Part shown: positions 39,676 to 56,200 of the stretch, piece by piece
How positions within the stretch are numbered: position 1 is the stretch's first letter
How the letters are laid out: each line of letters starts with the position of its first letter
Origin: the human T2T-CHM13v2.0 reference genome, Homo sapiens
Length of the DNA: 64,000 nucleotides
NCBI RefSeq assembly: GCF_009914755.1
Contig: NC_060927.1
Strand: one strand, 5' to 3'
Translations under genes and position numbers: made by a program
The notes under the pieces: model-generated
Told to the model about the DNA's origin: nothing
Database searches by the model: none
The model's input: the letters and a program-made list of their open reading frames with translations, nothing else

Positions 39676-40125
39676 TCTCTGTGCCTGCTGCAGCAACACC
39701 TGCCCCAGCTACTGGTGGAACAGAGACAAATATCTGGGGCCTGCAGTTCTTATACAGGCCTATCACTGGATGATTGACTCCAGAGAAGACTTCACAGAAG
39801 AGTACCTGGCCAAGCTGCAGGACCCACTCTCTCTGTACCACTGCCACACCATCATGAACTACACAAGGACTTGTCCCACAGGTCTGAATCCAGGGAAGGC
39901 TACTGCGGAAATCAAGAAAATGTTGGTAACCTATAAGGAGAAGAAAGTTTCAGCTTAATTGTTCCCATGCTAAACATGACTTGTAACCAGTTCAGAGCTG
40001 AACATAATTTAGATCTAATTTGAGTTCCTTTAAAGTTCTTGATTTTCCATGAATACAACATGTATAATAAAAATTTTAAAAAATAAATAGATGTTATTCT
40101 ACTTTATTAACAACAACAATAAAAA
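39676..40125 (+). pseudogene. SDHB: 5'-truncated processed pseudogene of SDHB (succinate dehydrogenase iron-sulfur subunit), ~codon 188 to stop plus 3'UTR
   Basis: Translates [82 protein letters not shown]...*, which matches the SDHB C-terminus. Intronless; AATAAA at 40066 and 40082; degraded A-tail at ~40108-40125. Confidence 0.95.
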
Positions 40126-41224
40126 TACTAACCTTCAAATAAACTCTGTGCAGGAAGATTTCACCTGGACAAGCAGGCCTTACTCTTCAGGTGGCAGGCA
40201 CCATTGCCCTCTTCCTTCTCCCCTATAAGCCATGGCTCTTTGGAGTTGAGTTCCAGAATCTTATAAGAAGACAACTGTCAAAGTTTGCATCTGGCAAAGG
40301 GTTAGGAAAATGGTTGCTAGGAATTGTAGTAAGGAATAGGAATGTAGGGCAAAAAAAAAAAAAAAGCCAGAGATTGGGGAAAAGGATCAACAATAAAAGA
40401 CAAAAATCTAAGTCAAGTGTAACAGACTTATCTCATTTACAGGCCAGGGACTAAGGAGCCATAAGAAGGGCACACTCAAAGAACCGGAGAAAACACGGTG
40501 AGGGGACACTGGGTAGAAGAGTTTCACTGAGGCACGAGGGAAATGGAAGCATGGGCCCACCTCAGGAAACAGGGCTGGCAGGATGAAGGCATGAAGCAGA
40601 CTCCATCCACCTGCCTGACATGCAAGAACAAGGCTTTCCATCCCTCCACACCACCTGGTGCCAGTGACTTGGGCACCCAGGCACAAGAGGGCTTGAGAAG
40701 AATTAGTCCCCTCCCTGATAGGGGATGGCTACAGGGAACCTGGCATCTCCACCTGCAGGTTTAAATGCAGCCAAATACTTATACCCAAATCCCACTGATA
40801 TGTGAGACTAAACCTGTTGATCTGCCAGTCTCTCCTTGGAAGGGGTGGCATTCACAGGAACAGCTTTGATGGTACATTGAGGTAAAGACTAATAATACTT
40901 AATTCATCCATTGATCTTTTACTGAAAATATGATATTATGTATAAGTGAAACACAAAGGCAGCTTCAGCCCCAGAGTGTCTGCAAGATTGTAGCTGAGGT
41001 TTGCATTGAGTTTGCCACCCCCAGGCAAAGGGAGGACCTAGAATTTTCAAGCAGGGCTGAAGCAATCACTTTGCTGGTATGTGCCAGCCAAGTGACTAAC
41101 TCCCAAACATGTTTAATATGAAACAGCATTAGGAGACTGGATATAGCCTCAGGGAGATCAGCTGCTAACCAGTTCAGATTATAGCTGCAATCCCTCATAT
41201 GCAGCCACTTACAGCGTCTCTCCA

Positions 41225-41480
41225 CATGTCTTCAGAGGCACACAGCACTGTGTACAGGAAAAGGACTACCCTTGATGTTGAAAGATCAGAGTTCTTCTTC
41301 CCATTCTGTAGCAGTTTGTCATGTGACTTGGATCAACCTTGTCTGAAAAATGAGGCTGAAGCCTTGTCCATAAAATGGGCAACGCCTTCCCTCTCTACCC
41401 TCTGTGGTAGTTTTGAGGATCAAGTGAGAAATATTATGAGAATTAAGAGATGATGAAAATGGTAGAGAGCTATGTACCAA
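41225..41480. mobile_element. MIR
   Basis: tgtgacttggatcaa...gtctgaaaaatgagg...ttttgaggatcaagtgaga. Confidence 0.55.
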
Positions 41481-41914
41481 GTATTATATTACACACAAGT
41501 ATCATAAATCTCCTTCTACACTTTCATTGGTACTAGAGGGAATTTCTTTTAATGGCAGGAATGAGGAAATCAAAACAATAAGATTTTTGGTTCATACTTT
41601 AATATCAACACCATCAAAAGCACCAAAGTAGCTGTTTATTGTGGACTTTTGTCATCCCAGGCAATATGTTCGAGTCTTTTCAAAGAGAAGATTAGACCTC
41701 CCTCTTCAGTGTTATCTAGGGCTATCAGTTAGACCATCTCTGATATTTTCCAGCTGGTGCTTTAAAGAAATTCGTGTTTGAAAAATGTATGCAAATATTT
41801 CTCCCTTCTGCAATTACACAGGCAAGAAAATAAGCAAAAGGATCTTTTATATTTCTTTCTTCCCCTTTTCTTCTTTTTGTTTCTATCCACATGTATATCT
41901 CACAGAGGAGCTAG

Positions 41915-42205
41915 GGTGCAGTGGATGAGGTGGGTGAGGTGAGGAAGGCACTTGCTTCAAGTGCAAAATTTAGTGGAGCACCCAAAAACTCAAAAATGAA
42001 GATATGTAGTGTTCTAATGCAACATTTTTAAATTAATGCAAAAAACATGATGAATTACATATCAAAATTTTAAATAAAGAACAGTTACAATACCATGCTG
42101 AGACACTTTAAAGACTGAGGCAAAAGGAAAAATCAGTAATACTGATCCTTTATTTAAAATTTTGGTATTTTGTTCATCATAGATTTTTGCGTTCATGTTT
42201 ATGTA
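41915..42205. mobile_element. MER96B fragment
   Basis: ggtgaggtgaggaaggcacttgc...gcaaaattt...ctgaggcaaaaggaaaaatcagtaatactgatcc. Confidence 0.7.
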
Positions 42206-42524
42206 TCATAGTAGCAATATTTTTCTTTCTTAGGGGCATTTGAAATTATAGTTTGCCTTAGTATCGGTGGTATCTTGGATTTGATTAAATGCTTTCCGGG
42301 TGATATTTGAAACAAGCGTAACTCCTGGCAACCAAAACCCAACTTGACTTTTTCTCCCACAGTTTTCTTTAAACATTTATTCAGTGAAAGTCACCTTCCC
42401 TGCTCATGAAGGAAAACTGGGAGTCCCAAGTCTTTTCTGTTCACTCTTAAATAATGGAAAAGCCTCACAGCCATTTTAGGTCACAAACACAGTCTCAGTT
42501 TAGTGATTAGAATGCATAATCCCA

Positions 42525-42849
<325 letters not shown>

Positions 42850-43356
42850 TCATCGAAACTCATAACTTCCCTTAGTAGTAAATCTCCCCTCTACCAGCTG
42901 AGCCTGGAAACCTGCAGTAGGAAGGGAAGACCGGGCCTTCTGCTCTCTACCCTCCACCCCTCTCACCTCTCTCTTCCACTCAATACCTGATGTTTTGTTC
43001 TCCCTGAAAATGGGAGGAGTTTGGCAGGGAGAAAGATGAAGGGAATAGACCAGTTCTTAACCTCACTTGATGGCTTCATATTCTCTGGGTGAGGAAGATG
43101 GTTAATGGGAACCCTTTCTTTCCAGACATCTTCATTGACTTGTCAGAGCTTCCCAATGGGACTTTATCTTCTCATGTAATGTTTATCCATCTGGGTGGTG
43201 GGTATGTGGATGTTTATTATATAATTAGCTGTACTTTTCTGATGCTTTATTTTTAATTTTCTTAATCAAAAAAATAAGAACTGAGAAGAAATAAGGGGAA
43301 AGAATTCTAACTCCACATGAAAACAACCTTTGCTGAATAGAAATGTGCTTCATCAG

Positions 43357-43360
43357 TCTG

Positions 43361-43394
<34 letters not shown>

Positions 43395-43403
43395 TGTGTG
43401 TGT
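43357..43403. repeat. (TC)n(TG)n compound microsatellite
   Basis: tctctc...tgtgtg runs seen directly. Confidence 0.95.
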
Positions 43404-46049
43404 ATTACCAATCATTTCTCCTCTCCTGGCCTTCATTTTTATCACCTACATAGGCCTAGAAACACAAAAGTTTGTCTAGATTGAGATTAACTCCTTTGCC
43501 CTGTCACATGCTAGTTTATTTCTTACTCCTTCTGAATAAGCAGAGCAATACACCACTGGTTTCTAATTTCTTCAAGAATAAATGGCCCTGGCCAGAATCC
43601 AGTCCACTCCCAGTCTCCTGGAACCTTGTCAAGAGAACTGGAACATCTCTGCTCTCAACCTCTAGGGCAGAAATCAGCAAGAGTCCCACAGCAAAAAATG
43701 CACTATGGAAACAGCAGTGTCATCAAAAGCAGAAAACATCTTTTTCTCACCACTGAGAGTTCCACCGTACTGCCTGTCTCCAAGCATTGGAAAGGAAGAG
43801 AGAGAAGATGGTGCAGAGGCTAAATAGTTGTTCCCATCTTAATAAAACAATTACTTTTATTGTTTAGCTTCACAATACCAACAATATATTACTAATATCC
43901 TTGAATACTCCTTCTCCATAGCAAAGTCTTCAATATTCTGATTTAAATGCATAGTTGTATTTTACCTTCTAGGATCTATGGAAATTGAAACTGGAAAACA
44001 ATTTCAATTCCTACACATTCAAAGGCCCTGCCCAGATTCAGGATGATTCAGGATGTCTACAGCAAAACACTTTTCCAACATGACAAGTTTCAGGATCATA
44101 AGGAGGAGAGAACAGCTAGCTATGGGTAGGTTATGTAGACAAATCAACAAAACACAGAGGGAAACCAAGACAAGGTCCAAGCCCTCTGTGACTAGGACTG
44201 GTTTTTATGGCTAGGAGTTACTTACACCAGCAGGCTGGGCCCTGGAATGCCAAGTATTAAGTGTAGGAAAGAAAAGAAGCATGGAGGGCAGAATGCCAAG
44301 CATTAGTCCAGGAGCCGGGGTCTGCACTCATCCATATTCCTCACTTCCCTCAACCTCCTTCTAAAGTCTGTTGCTGGGCAGTTGCTATAAAAGAAGAGAA
44401 AATAGTGGTAGATGAGGCTAATCAAAAAGTAAAATGTGAAAAGTGTGCAAGATCTCACAGAACAGAAATAGATTCCACAAAGCCATGAACTCAGATGGAG
44501 AAAAAAAAACTATGCATTTTTATTTTCACTAATCTGTAAGTGAAAATCTAGTATTTCCTTTATTTATGAATGGAGGCAATAAATCATTGCAGTATTAGTA
44601 GTACCCATGTCTGTCACCAATAGAATTCACAGGTATTTTCAATTAACTTTACGGTGTTGTAAATATCTTGAAATATCATTTTTGTTCATTGTTACTCTAA
44701 AATTATGATACTAAGTAAATCTGTCACTAGATTTTGATATTTAATCTGTTAATTAAAAATTGTATACAGTGGCGTGCCACATAACTATCAATCAACAGCA
44801 AACCACATATACCGGGATGGTCCCATAAGAGTATAATGGAGCTGAAAAAATTCCTATCACCTAGTAACATTGTATTAATAGCTGTCACAATTTTGTAGCA
44901 CAACCCTGCATTCCTCATGTGTTTGTGGTGACGCTGGTATAAATAAACTTACTGTGTTGCCAGTCCTGGAAAAGTCTGCCACATACAATTATGTACAGTA
45001 CCTAACATTTGATAATGATAATAAACATTATATTACTGTTTTATGTATTTACTATACTTTTTATCGTTTCAGAGTGTACTTCTTTTACTAACTAAAAAAA
45101 AAAAAAGTTAATGTAAAACAGCCTCAGGAAGGTCCGTCAGGAGGTATTTCAGAAAAAGGCAATGTTATCATAGGAGGTGACAGCTTCATGAATGTTAACG
45201 CCCCTGAAGACCTTTCAGTAGCTGATGTGGAGGTGAAGAACAGTGACATTGATGACCCTGACCCTGCGTAGGCCTAGGCTAATGTGTGTGTTTGTGTCTT
45301 CATTTTTAACAAAAAAGTCTAGAAAGTAAAAAATCAAAAAAAAGTTTTCGTAGAAAAAAGCTTATAGAATAAGAATATAAAGAAAGAAAATATTTTTGAA
45401 CAGCTCTACAATGTGTTTGTGGGGGGAGGTTGTTTTGTATTTCTTTGTTTGTTGGCCTCCTTATGTTTGCCCAGGCTTGTCTTGAACTCCTGGGCTCAAA
45501 TGATCCTCCCACCTCAGCCTCCTGCGTAGCTGGCATTACCGCACACCACTGCACCCAGTTTGTGTTTGTGTTTTAAGGTAAGTGCTATTACAAAAGAGTC
45601 AAAGAGTTTTTAAAATTTTAAAAGCTTATAAAATTTAAAATTGACACTAAGCTAAGGTTACTTAATTATTGAAGAAAGAACAATTTATTACGTAAATTTA
45701 GTTATACTAAATGTAGAGTGTTTATAAAGTCTATAGCAGTGTACAGTGACATCTTAGACCTTCACATTCACTCACCAATTACTCACTGATTAAGTGGCAA
45801 GTGCCTTATACAGGTGTATCATTTTTACCTTCTTTTTTTTTTGCTTTTATTATTACTTTTAATTGACACATAATAATTATACAAATTTATGAGGCATAGT
45901 GTGATATTTAGATACATGTATGCAATGTATAATGATCAAATCAGGGTAAATAGCATATACATCACCTCAAACATTTATCATTGATTTGGGTTGGAAACAT
46001 TCAAAATCCACTCTACTAGCTGTTTGAAAATGTACAATAAATCGTTCTT

Positions 46050-48551
<2,502 letters not shown>

Positions 48552-49128
48552 TAGCTACAGTCACCCTATAATGCTATAGAACTCTAGACCTTATTCCTCC
48601 TATCTAGCTGTACTTTTGTATCTGTTAATCAACCTTTGGATATTCTCTCACCCCCTACCCTTCCTCTATGCAGAATAGCAGCCACTACTCTACTCTCTAC
48701 TTCTATGAGGTCATTTTTTAACTACCACATATTGCTATTTATCTTTCTGTGCCTGGCTTATTTTATTTAACATAATGTCCTACAAGTTCATCCATGTTGT
48801 CATGAATGACAGAATTTCATTCTTTTTCATATCTAAATAGTATTATATTTTGTATATATACCAAAATTTTTTATTCGCTCCTCTGTTGATGGACACTTAG
48901 GTTGATTTCTTATCTTGGCTATTGTGAATAATACTGCAGTAAATATGGAAGTGTAGATATCTTTTCAACATACTGATTTCCTTTCCTTCGAATATATACA
49001 CAGGAGTGGGATGATTGGGTGATGTGGTAGTTCAATTTTTTATTTTTTGAGGAACCTCCATATTGGTTTTCATAATGGCTGTACTACTTTACATTCCCAC
49101 CAACAGTGTATAAGAGTTTCCCTTTCTC

Positions 49129-52100
49129 TGTAATAGAGATCAGGAGGAGCAGGCAGAACGGGACAAACAGGATAAAAAAAAAAGGCCACCGCTTTAGTCA
49201 TGGCCCTCAGGCAAGTGGACTTTGGAGGCTCTGGAAAAGGGAAAAGCTGGGCAAATTGAATGCCTAATAGGGCTTGCTTCCAGTGCGGTCTACAAGGACA
49301 CTTTAAAAAAGATTGTCCAGGTAGAAATAAGCCGCCCCCTCATCCATGCCCCTTATGTCAAGGGAATTACTGGAAGGCCCACTGCCCCAGGGCATGAAGG
49401 TCCTCTGAATCAGAAGCCACTAACAAGATGATCCAGCAGCAGGACTGAGGGTGCCCAGGGCAAGTGCCAGCCCATGCCATCACCCTCACAGTGCCCCGGG
49501 TATGCTTGACCATTGAGGTCCAGGAGGTTAACTGCCTCCTGGCCACTGGTGTGGCCTTCTCAGTCTTACTCTCCTGTCCCAGACAACTGTCCTCCAGATC
49601 TATCACTATCTGAGGGGTCCTAGGACAGCCAGTCACTAGATACTTCTCCCAGTCACTAAGTTGTGACTGGGAAACTTTACTCTTTTCACATGCTTTTCTA
49701 ATTATGCCTGAAAGCCCCACTCCCTTGTTAGGGAGAGACATTCTAGCAAAAGCAGGGGCCATTATACACCTGAACATAGGAGAAGGAACACCCATTTGTT
49801 GTCCCCTGCTTGAGGAAGGAATTAATCCTGAAGTCTGGGCAACAGAAGGACAATATGGTCGAGCAAAGAATGCCCGTCCTGTTCAAGTTAAACTAAAGGA
49901 TTCTGCCTCCTTTCCCTACCAAAGGCAATACCCCCTTAGACCCAAGGCCCAACAAGGACTCCAAAAGATTGTTAAGGACCTAAAAGCCCAAGGCCTAGTA
50001 AAACCATGCTATAGCCCCTGCAATACTCCAATTTTAGGAGTACAGAAACCCAGTGGACTATGGAGGTTAGTGCAAAATCTCAGGATTATCAATGAGGCTG
50101 TTGTCCCTCTATACCCAGCTGTACCTAACCCTTGTACCCCGCTTTCCCAAATACCAGAGGAAGCAGAGTGGTTTACAGTCCTGGACCTTAAGGGTGACTT
50201 TTTATGCATCCCTGTACTTCCTGACTCTCAATTCTTGTTTGCCTTTGAAGATCCTTCGAACCCAACGTCTCAACTCACCTGGACTGTTTTACCTCAAGGG
50301 TTCAGGGATAGCCCCCATCTATTTGGCCAGGCATTAGCCCAAGACTTGAGCCAATTCTCATACCTGGACACTCTTGTCCTTCGGTACATGGATGATTTAC
50401 TTTTAGCCGCCCATTCAGAAACCTTGTGCCATCAAGCCACCCAAGCACTCTTAAATTTCCTTGCTACCTGTGGCTAAAAAGTTTCCAAACCAAAGGCTCA
50501 GCTCTGCTCACAGCAGGTTAAATACTTAGGTCTAAAATTATCCAAAGCACCAGGGCCCTCAGTGAGCAATGTATCCAGCCTAAACTGGCTTATCCTCATC
50601 CCAAAACCCTAAAGCAACTAAGAGGGTTCCTCAGCATAACAGGTTTCTGCAGAATATGGATTCCCAGGTGCGGCGAAATAGCCAGACCATTATATACATT
50701 AATTAAGGAAACTCAGAAAGCCAATACCCATTTAGTAAGATGGACACCTGAAGCAGAAGCAGCTTTCCAGGCCCTAAAAAAGGCCCTAACCCAAGCCCCA
50801 GTGTTAAGCTTGCCAATGGGGCAAGACTTTTCTTTATATGTCACAGAAAGAACATGAATAGCTCTAGGAGTCCTTACACAGGTCCGAGGGACGAGCTTGC
50901 AACCTGTGGCATACCTGAGTAAAGAAATTGATGTAGTGGCAAAGGGTTGGCCTCATTGTTTACGGCTAGTGGTGGCAGTAGCAGGCTTAGTATCTGAAGC
51001 AGTTAAAATAATACAGGGAAGAGATCTTACTGTGTGGACATCTCATGATGTGAATGGCATACTCACTGCTAAAGGAGACTTGTGGCTGTCAGACAACCAT
51101 TTACTTAAATATCAGGCTCTATTACTTGAAGGGCCAGTGCTGCAACTGCACACTTGTGCAACTCTTAACCTAGCCTCATTTCTTCCAGACAATGAAGAAA
51201 AGATAGAATGTAACTGTCAACAAGTAATTGCTCACACCTATGCCACTTGAGGGGACCTTTTAGAGGTTCCCTTGACTGATCCCGACCTCAGCTTGTATAC
51301 TGATGGAAGTTCCTTCATAGAAAAAGGACTTCAAAAAGCGGGGTATGCAGTGGTCAGTGATAATGGAATACTTGAAAGTAATCCCCTCACTCCAGGAACT
51401 ACTGCTCAGCTGGCAGAACTAATAGCCCTCACTTGGGCACTAGAATTAAGAGAAGGAAAAAGGGTAAATATATATACAGATTCTGAGTATGCTTACCTAG
51501 TCCTCCATACCCATGCAGCAATGTGGAGAGAAAGGGAATTCCTAACTTCCAAGGGAAAACCTATCGAACATCAGGAACCCATTAGGAGATTATTATTGGC
51601 TGTACAGAAACCTAAAGAGGTGACAGTCTTACATGGCTGGGGTCATCAGAAAAAAAGGAAAGGGAAATAGAAGGGAACCACCAAGCAGAGATTGAAGCCA
51701 GAAGAGCTGCAAGGCAGGATCCTCCATTAGAAATGCTTATAGAAAGTCCCCTAGTATGGGGTAATCCCCTCCAGGAAACCAAGCCCCAGAACTCAGAAGA
51801 AGAAATAGAAAGGGGAACTTCACAAGGACATAGTTTCCTCCCCTCAGGATGGCTAGCCACCAAAGAAGGAAAAATACTTTTGCCTGCAGCTAACCAATGG
51901 AAATTACTTAAAACCCTTCACCAAACCTTTCACTTAGGCATTGATAGCACCCATCAGATGGCCAAATTATTATTTACTGGACCAGGCCTTTTCAAAACTG
52001 TCAAGCAGATAGTCAGGGCCTGTGAAGTGTGCCAAGGAAATAATCCCCTGCACTGCAGGCCATACATTTCAATCCCTGAATCTTTAACCTCCTTGTTAAG

Positions 52101-52709
52101 TTTGTCTCTTCCAGAATCAAAGCTGTAAAACTACAAATCGTTCTTCAAATGGAGCCCCAGATGCAGTCCATGACTAAGATCCACCGCAAGCCCCTGGACC
52201 AGCCTGCTAGCCCTTGCTCTGATGCTAATGACATCAAAGGCACCCCTCCTGAGGAAATCTCAACTGCATAACCCCTACTATGCCCCATTTCAGCAGGAAG
52301 CAGTTAGAGCGGTCATCAGCCAACCTCCCCAACAGCACTTGGGTTTTACTGTTGAAAGGGGGGACTGAGAGACAGGACTAGCTGGATTTCCTAGGCCAAC
52401 CAAGAAATCCCTAAGCCTAGCTGGGAAGGTGACCACTTCCACCTTTAAACACGGGGCTTGCAACTTAGCTCACATCCAACCAATCAGATAGTAAAGAGAG
52501 CTCACTAAAATGCTAATTAGGCAAAAACAGGAGGTAAAGAAATAGCCAATCATCTATTGCCTGAGAGCACAGTGGGAGGGACAAGGATCAGGATATAAAC
52601 CCAGGCATTTGAGCTGGCAATGGCAATCCCCTTTGGGTCCCCTCCCTTTGTATAGGAGCTCTGTTTTCACTCTATTAAATCTTGCAACTGCAAAAAAAAA
52701 AAAAAAAAA
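49129..52709 (+). mobile_element. HERV-W (HERV17) processed retrocopy: gag 3' end, pro, pol (RT, RNase H, IN N-terminus), env tail, U3-R, poly(A)
   Basis: Gag zinc knuckle CFQCGLQGHFKKDC; RT LPQGFRDSP/YMDD (ORF 49704-50477); RNase H TDGS; IN HxxxH...CEVC; env tail MEPQMQSMTK...GTPPEEIS; LTR17 start tgagagacaggactagc; TSD gtttccctttctc at 49116-49128 and 52711-52723. Confidence 0.96.
52366..52692 (+). promoter_or_regulatory. LTR17 U3-R (no U5)
   Basis: PPT gaaaggggggac just upstream; CCAAT at ~52546; TATAAA at 52594; ATTAAA at 52674; A-tail from 52692. Confidence 0.85.
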
Positions 52710-52835
52710 GGTTTCCCTTTCTCCACATCCTTGCCAGCATTTCTTATTTTTTGTCTTTTCGATAATAGCCATTCTAACTGGGGTGAGATAATATGTCTTG
52801 TGGTTTTGATTTGCATTTCCCTGATTCCCTGATGA

Positions 52836-53261
<426 letters not shown>

Positions 53262-56200
53262 TGAGTTGTTTGAGTTCTTTGTATATTCTGGATAATAATT
53301 CCTTGTCAGATGAGTAACTTGAAAGTATTTTCTACTATTCTGTAGGTTTTCTCTTCACTTTGTTGGTGGTTTGCTTTGTTGTATAGAAGCTTTTCAGTTA
53401 GATACAATACCATTTGTCTAATTTTCCTTTGTTGCCTATGCTCTGAGGTCTTCTCCATAAAATCTTTGCTCAGACCAGTGTTCTGAAGCATTTCCCGTGT
53501 TTTCTTTTCTAGTAGTTTCACAATTCCAGAACTTACATTTAAATCTTTAATTTATTTTAGTTGATTTTTTGCATTTGGTGAGAAATAGGGCTCTAGTTTC
53601 ATCTTCCTTCTATGGACATCCAATTTTCTCACGCCATTTATCAAATAGACTATCCCATCCCCAGTAAATATTCTTGGTGCCTTTGTTGAAAATCAGTCAG
53701 CTGTAAACGTGTGGATTTATATCTAGGTTCTCCATTCTATTCCATTAGCCTATGGTCTGTTTTTATGCCAGTACCATGCTACTTTTGTTACTATTGCTTT
53801 GTAGTATACTTTAAAGTTCAATAGTATAATGCCTCCAGCTTTGTTCTTTTTGCTCAGGATTGCTTTGGCTATTCAGGGTCTTTTGTTGTTTCACACAAAT
53901 TTTAGGATTGTTTTTCTGTTTCTGTGAAGAATGTCGTTGGTATTTTGATAGAGATTGCATTGAATCTGTAGATTTCTTTGGATAGTGTGACCATTTTCAC
54001 AATTTCAATTGTTCCAATTCATGAACATGAGATGTCTTTCCATTTTGTTGTGTTCTCTTCAATTCTTTTGTCAGTGTTTTATAGTTTCCCCTGTAGGGAT
54101 AATTTACCTCTTTGGTTAAATTGATTCTTAAGTACTCTATATTATTCGTTGCTATTATAAATGGGATTGCCTTCTTGATTTCTTCTTCCTCTAGTTTGTT
54201 GTTGGTGTATAGAAATGCTACTGATTTTTGTATGTTCCTGCAACTTTACTGAATTTGTTTATCAGTTTTAAGAGCTTTTTGGTGTAGCTGTTAAGGTTTT
54301 CTATATATAAGATTATGTCATCTGCAGACAGGGATCATTTGACTTCCTCCTTTACAATTTGGATGCCCTTTATTTCTTTCTCTTGCCTAATTGCTCTGGC
54401 TAGGACTTCCAGTACTATGTTGCATAAAAGTGGGGAAAGTGGGTATCCTTATCTTTTTCCATATCTTGGAGGAAAAGCTTTCTTTCAACTTTTCCCTGTT
54501 CCATATGATGTAGGCTGTGGGTTTGTCATATATGGCCTTATGTTGAGGTATGTTTCTTCTACTCCTAACTTTTTGAGAGTTATTACTATGAAGGGACATT
54601 GAATTTTCTCAAATACTTTCTCTGTATCTATTGAGATGATCATATTGTGATCATCTGTTTGTGTGATGTATCACATTCTTCATTCTGTTTATGTGATGTA
54701 TCATATTTATTGATTTGCATGTGTTGAAACATCCCTTGCATCCCTGAGATCAATCCCACTTGATGATGGTGAATGATCTTTTTCTTGTGCTGCTGGATTC
54801 AGTTTGCCAGTAGTCTGCTAAGGAATTTTGCATCTATGTTGATCAGGAATACTGACCTATAGTTTTCTTTTTTTGTTGTATCATCATCGGATTTTGGCAT
54901 CAGGGTAACTGGCTTTGTAGAATGAGTTTGGAAGTATTCCTTCCTCTTCAATTTTCTGGAATAGTTTGGAAAGCATTGGTATTCATGTTTAAATGTCTGT
55001 CAGAATTCTGCAGTTAAGCCATTGGGACCTGGGGTTGTTTTGTTTGTTTGTTTGTTTGTTGTTGTTTTTGTTTTTTTTTTGGATCGGATACTTTTTATTA
55101 CAGGTTCCATTTTATTAATCATAATTGGTATGTTCAGGTTCTCTATTTTTTTCTTGATTCAATCCTGGTAGGTTGTATGTGTCCTGGAGTTAATTTCCAC
55201 TAGACTTTCTAATTTGTTGCCATACGGTTGTTAATAATAGTCTCTAATAATCCTTTCTTTTTCTGTGGCATCAGTTTTAATGTCTCCTTTTACATTTCTG
55301 ATTTTATTTCTGTCTTTTCTCTTTTTTTCTTGGTTACTCTAGCTAATGGCTTCTAGATTTTATTTATCTTTTCAAAAAAACAACATTTTGTTTAATTGAT
55401 CATTTGTAATTTTTTTGTCTCAATTTCACTTATCTCTTTTTTAATCTTTATTATTTCTTCTACTAATTTTGGATTTAGTTTATTCTTGCTGTTCTTATTC
55501 CTTAAGATGCATCAGTAGGTTGTTTATTTGAAGTCCTCCTACTTTTTTGATATAGATATTTTTGGCTATAAACTTTCCTCTTAGTACTGCTTTTGCTATG
55601 TCCCATAGATTATGCTATGCTGTATTCCAATTTTCATTGGTTTCCAGAAATATTTAAATTTTCTTCTTAATTTCTTCAGAGACCCATTGGTCATTTGGGA
55701 GCATGTTGTTTAATTTTCTTGTATTTGTACAATACATGAAAAGATTTCTAGTTTTATTCCATCGTGGTCCCAAAAGATACTTGACATGATTTTTACTTTT
55801 TTGAATTGTTCAGACTTGTCTTGCAGCCTAAGATATAATCTCTTCTGGAGAATGTTCTATATGCTGATGATAAAATAAGCATTCTTCATCATTTTTGTAT
55901 ATGATGTTCTGTAAATGTTAGTTAGGCCTATTAGGACTAGTGCATAGTTTAATTCTGATGTTTCTTTGTTGATTTGCTGTCTGAATGATCTGTCCATTAC
56001 TGAGAATGGAGTGCTAAAGCCTGTTACTATTATTGTATGGCAATCTATGTCTCCCTTTAGACCTATTAATGTTTGCTTTGTATACTTTATATACACTCTA
56101 GTTTTTGCTGCATAGATATTTATAATTGTTATATAATTTGCTGAATTGATCCCTTTATCATTATATAATAATCTTCTTTGTCTCTTTTTACTGTTTTTGA

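Noticed and set aside
49704-52128. Functional retroviral pol
   Set aside because: Stops and frameshifts split RT, tether, RNase H and IN; the IN catalytic core is deleted; there is no 5' LTR or PBS.
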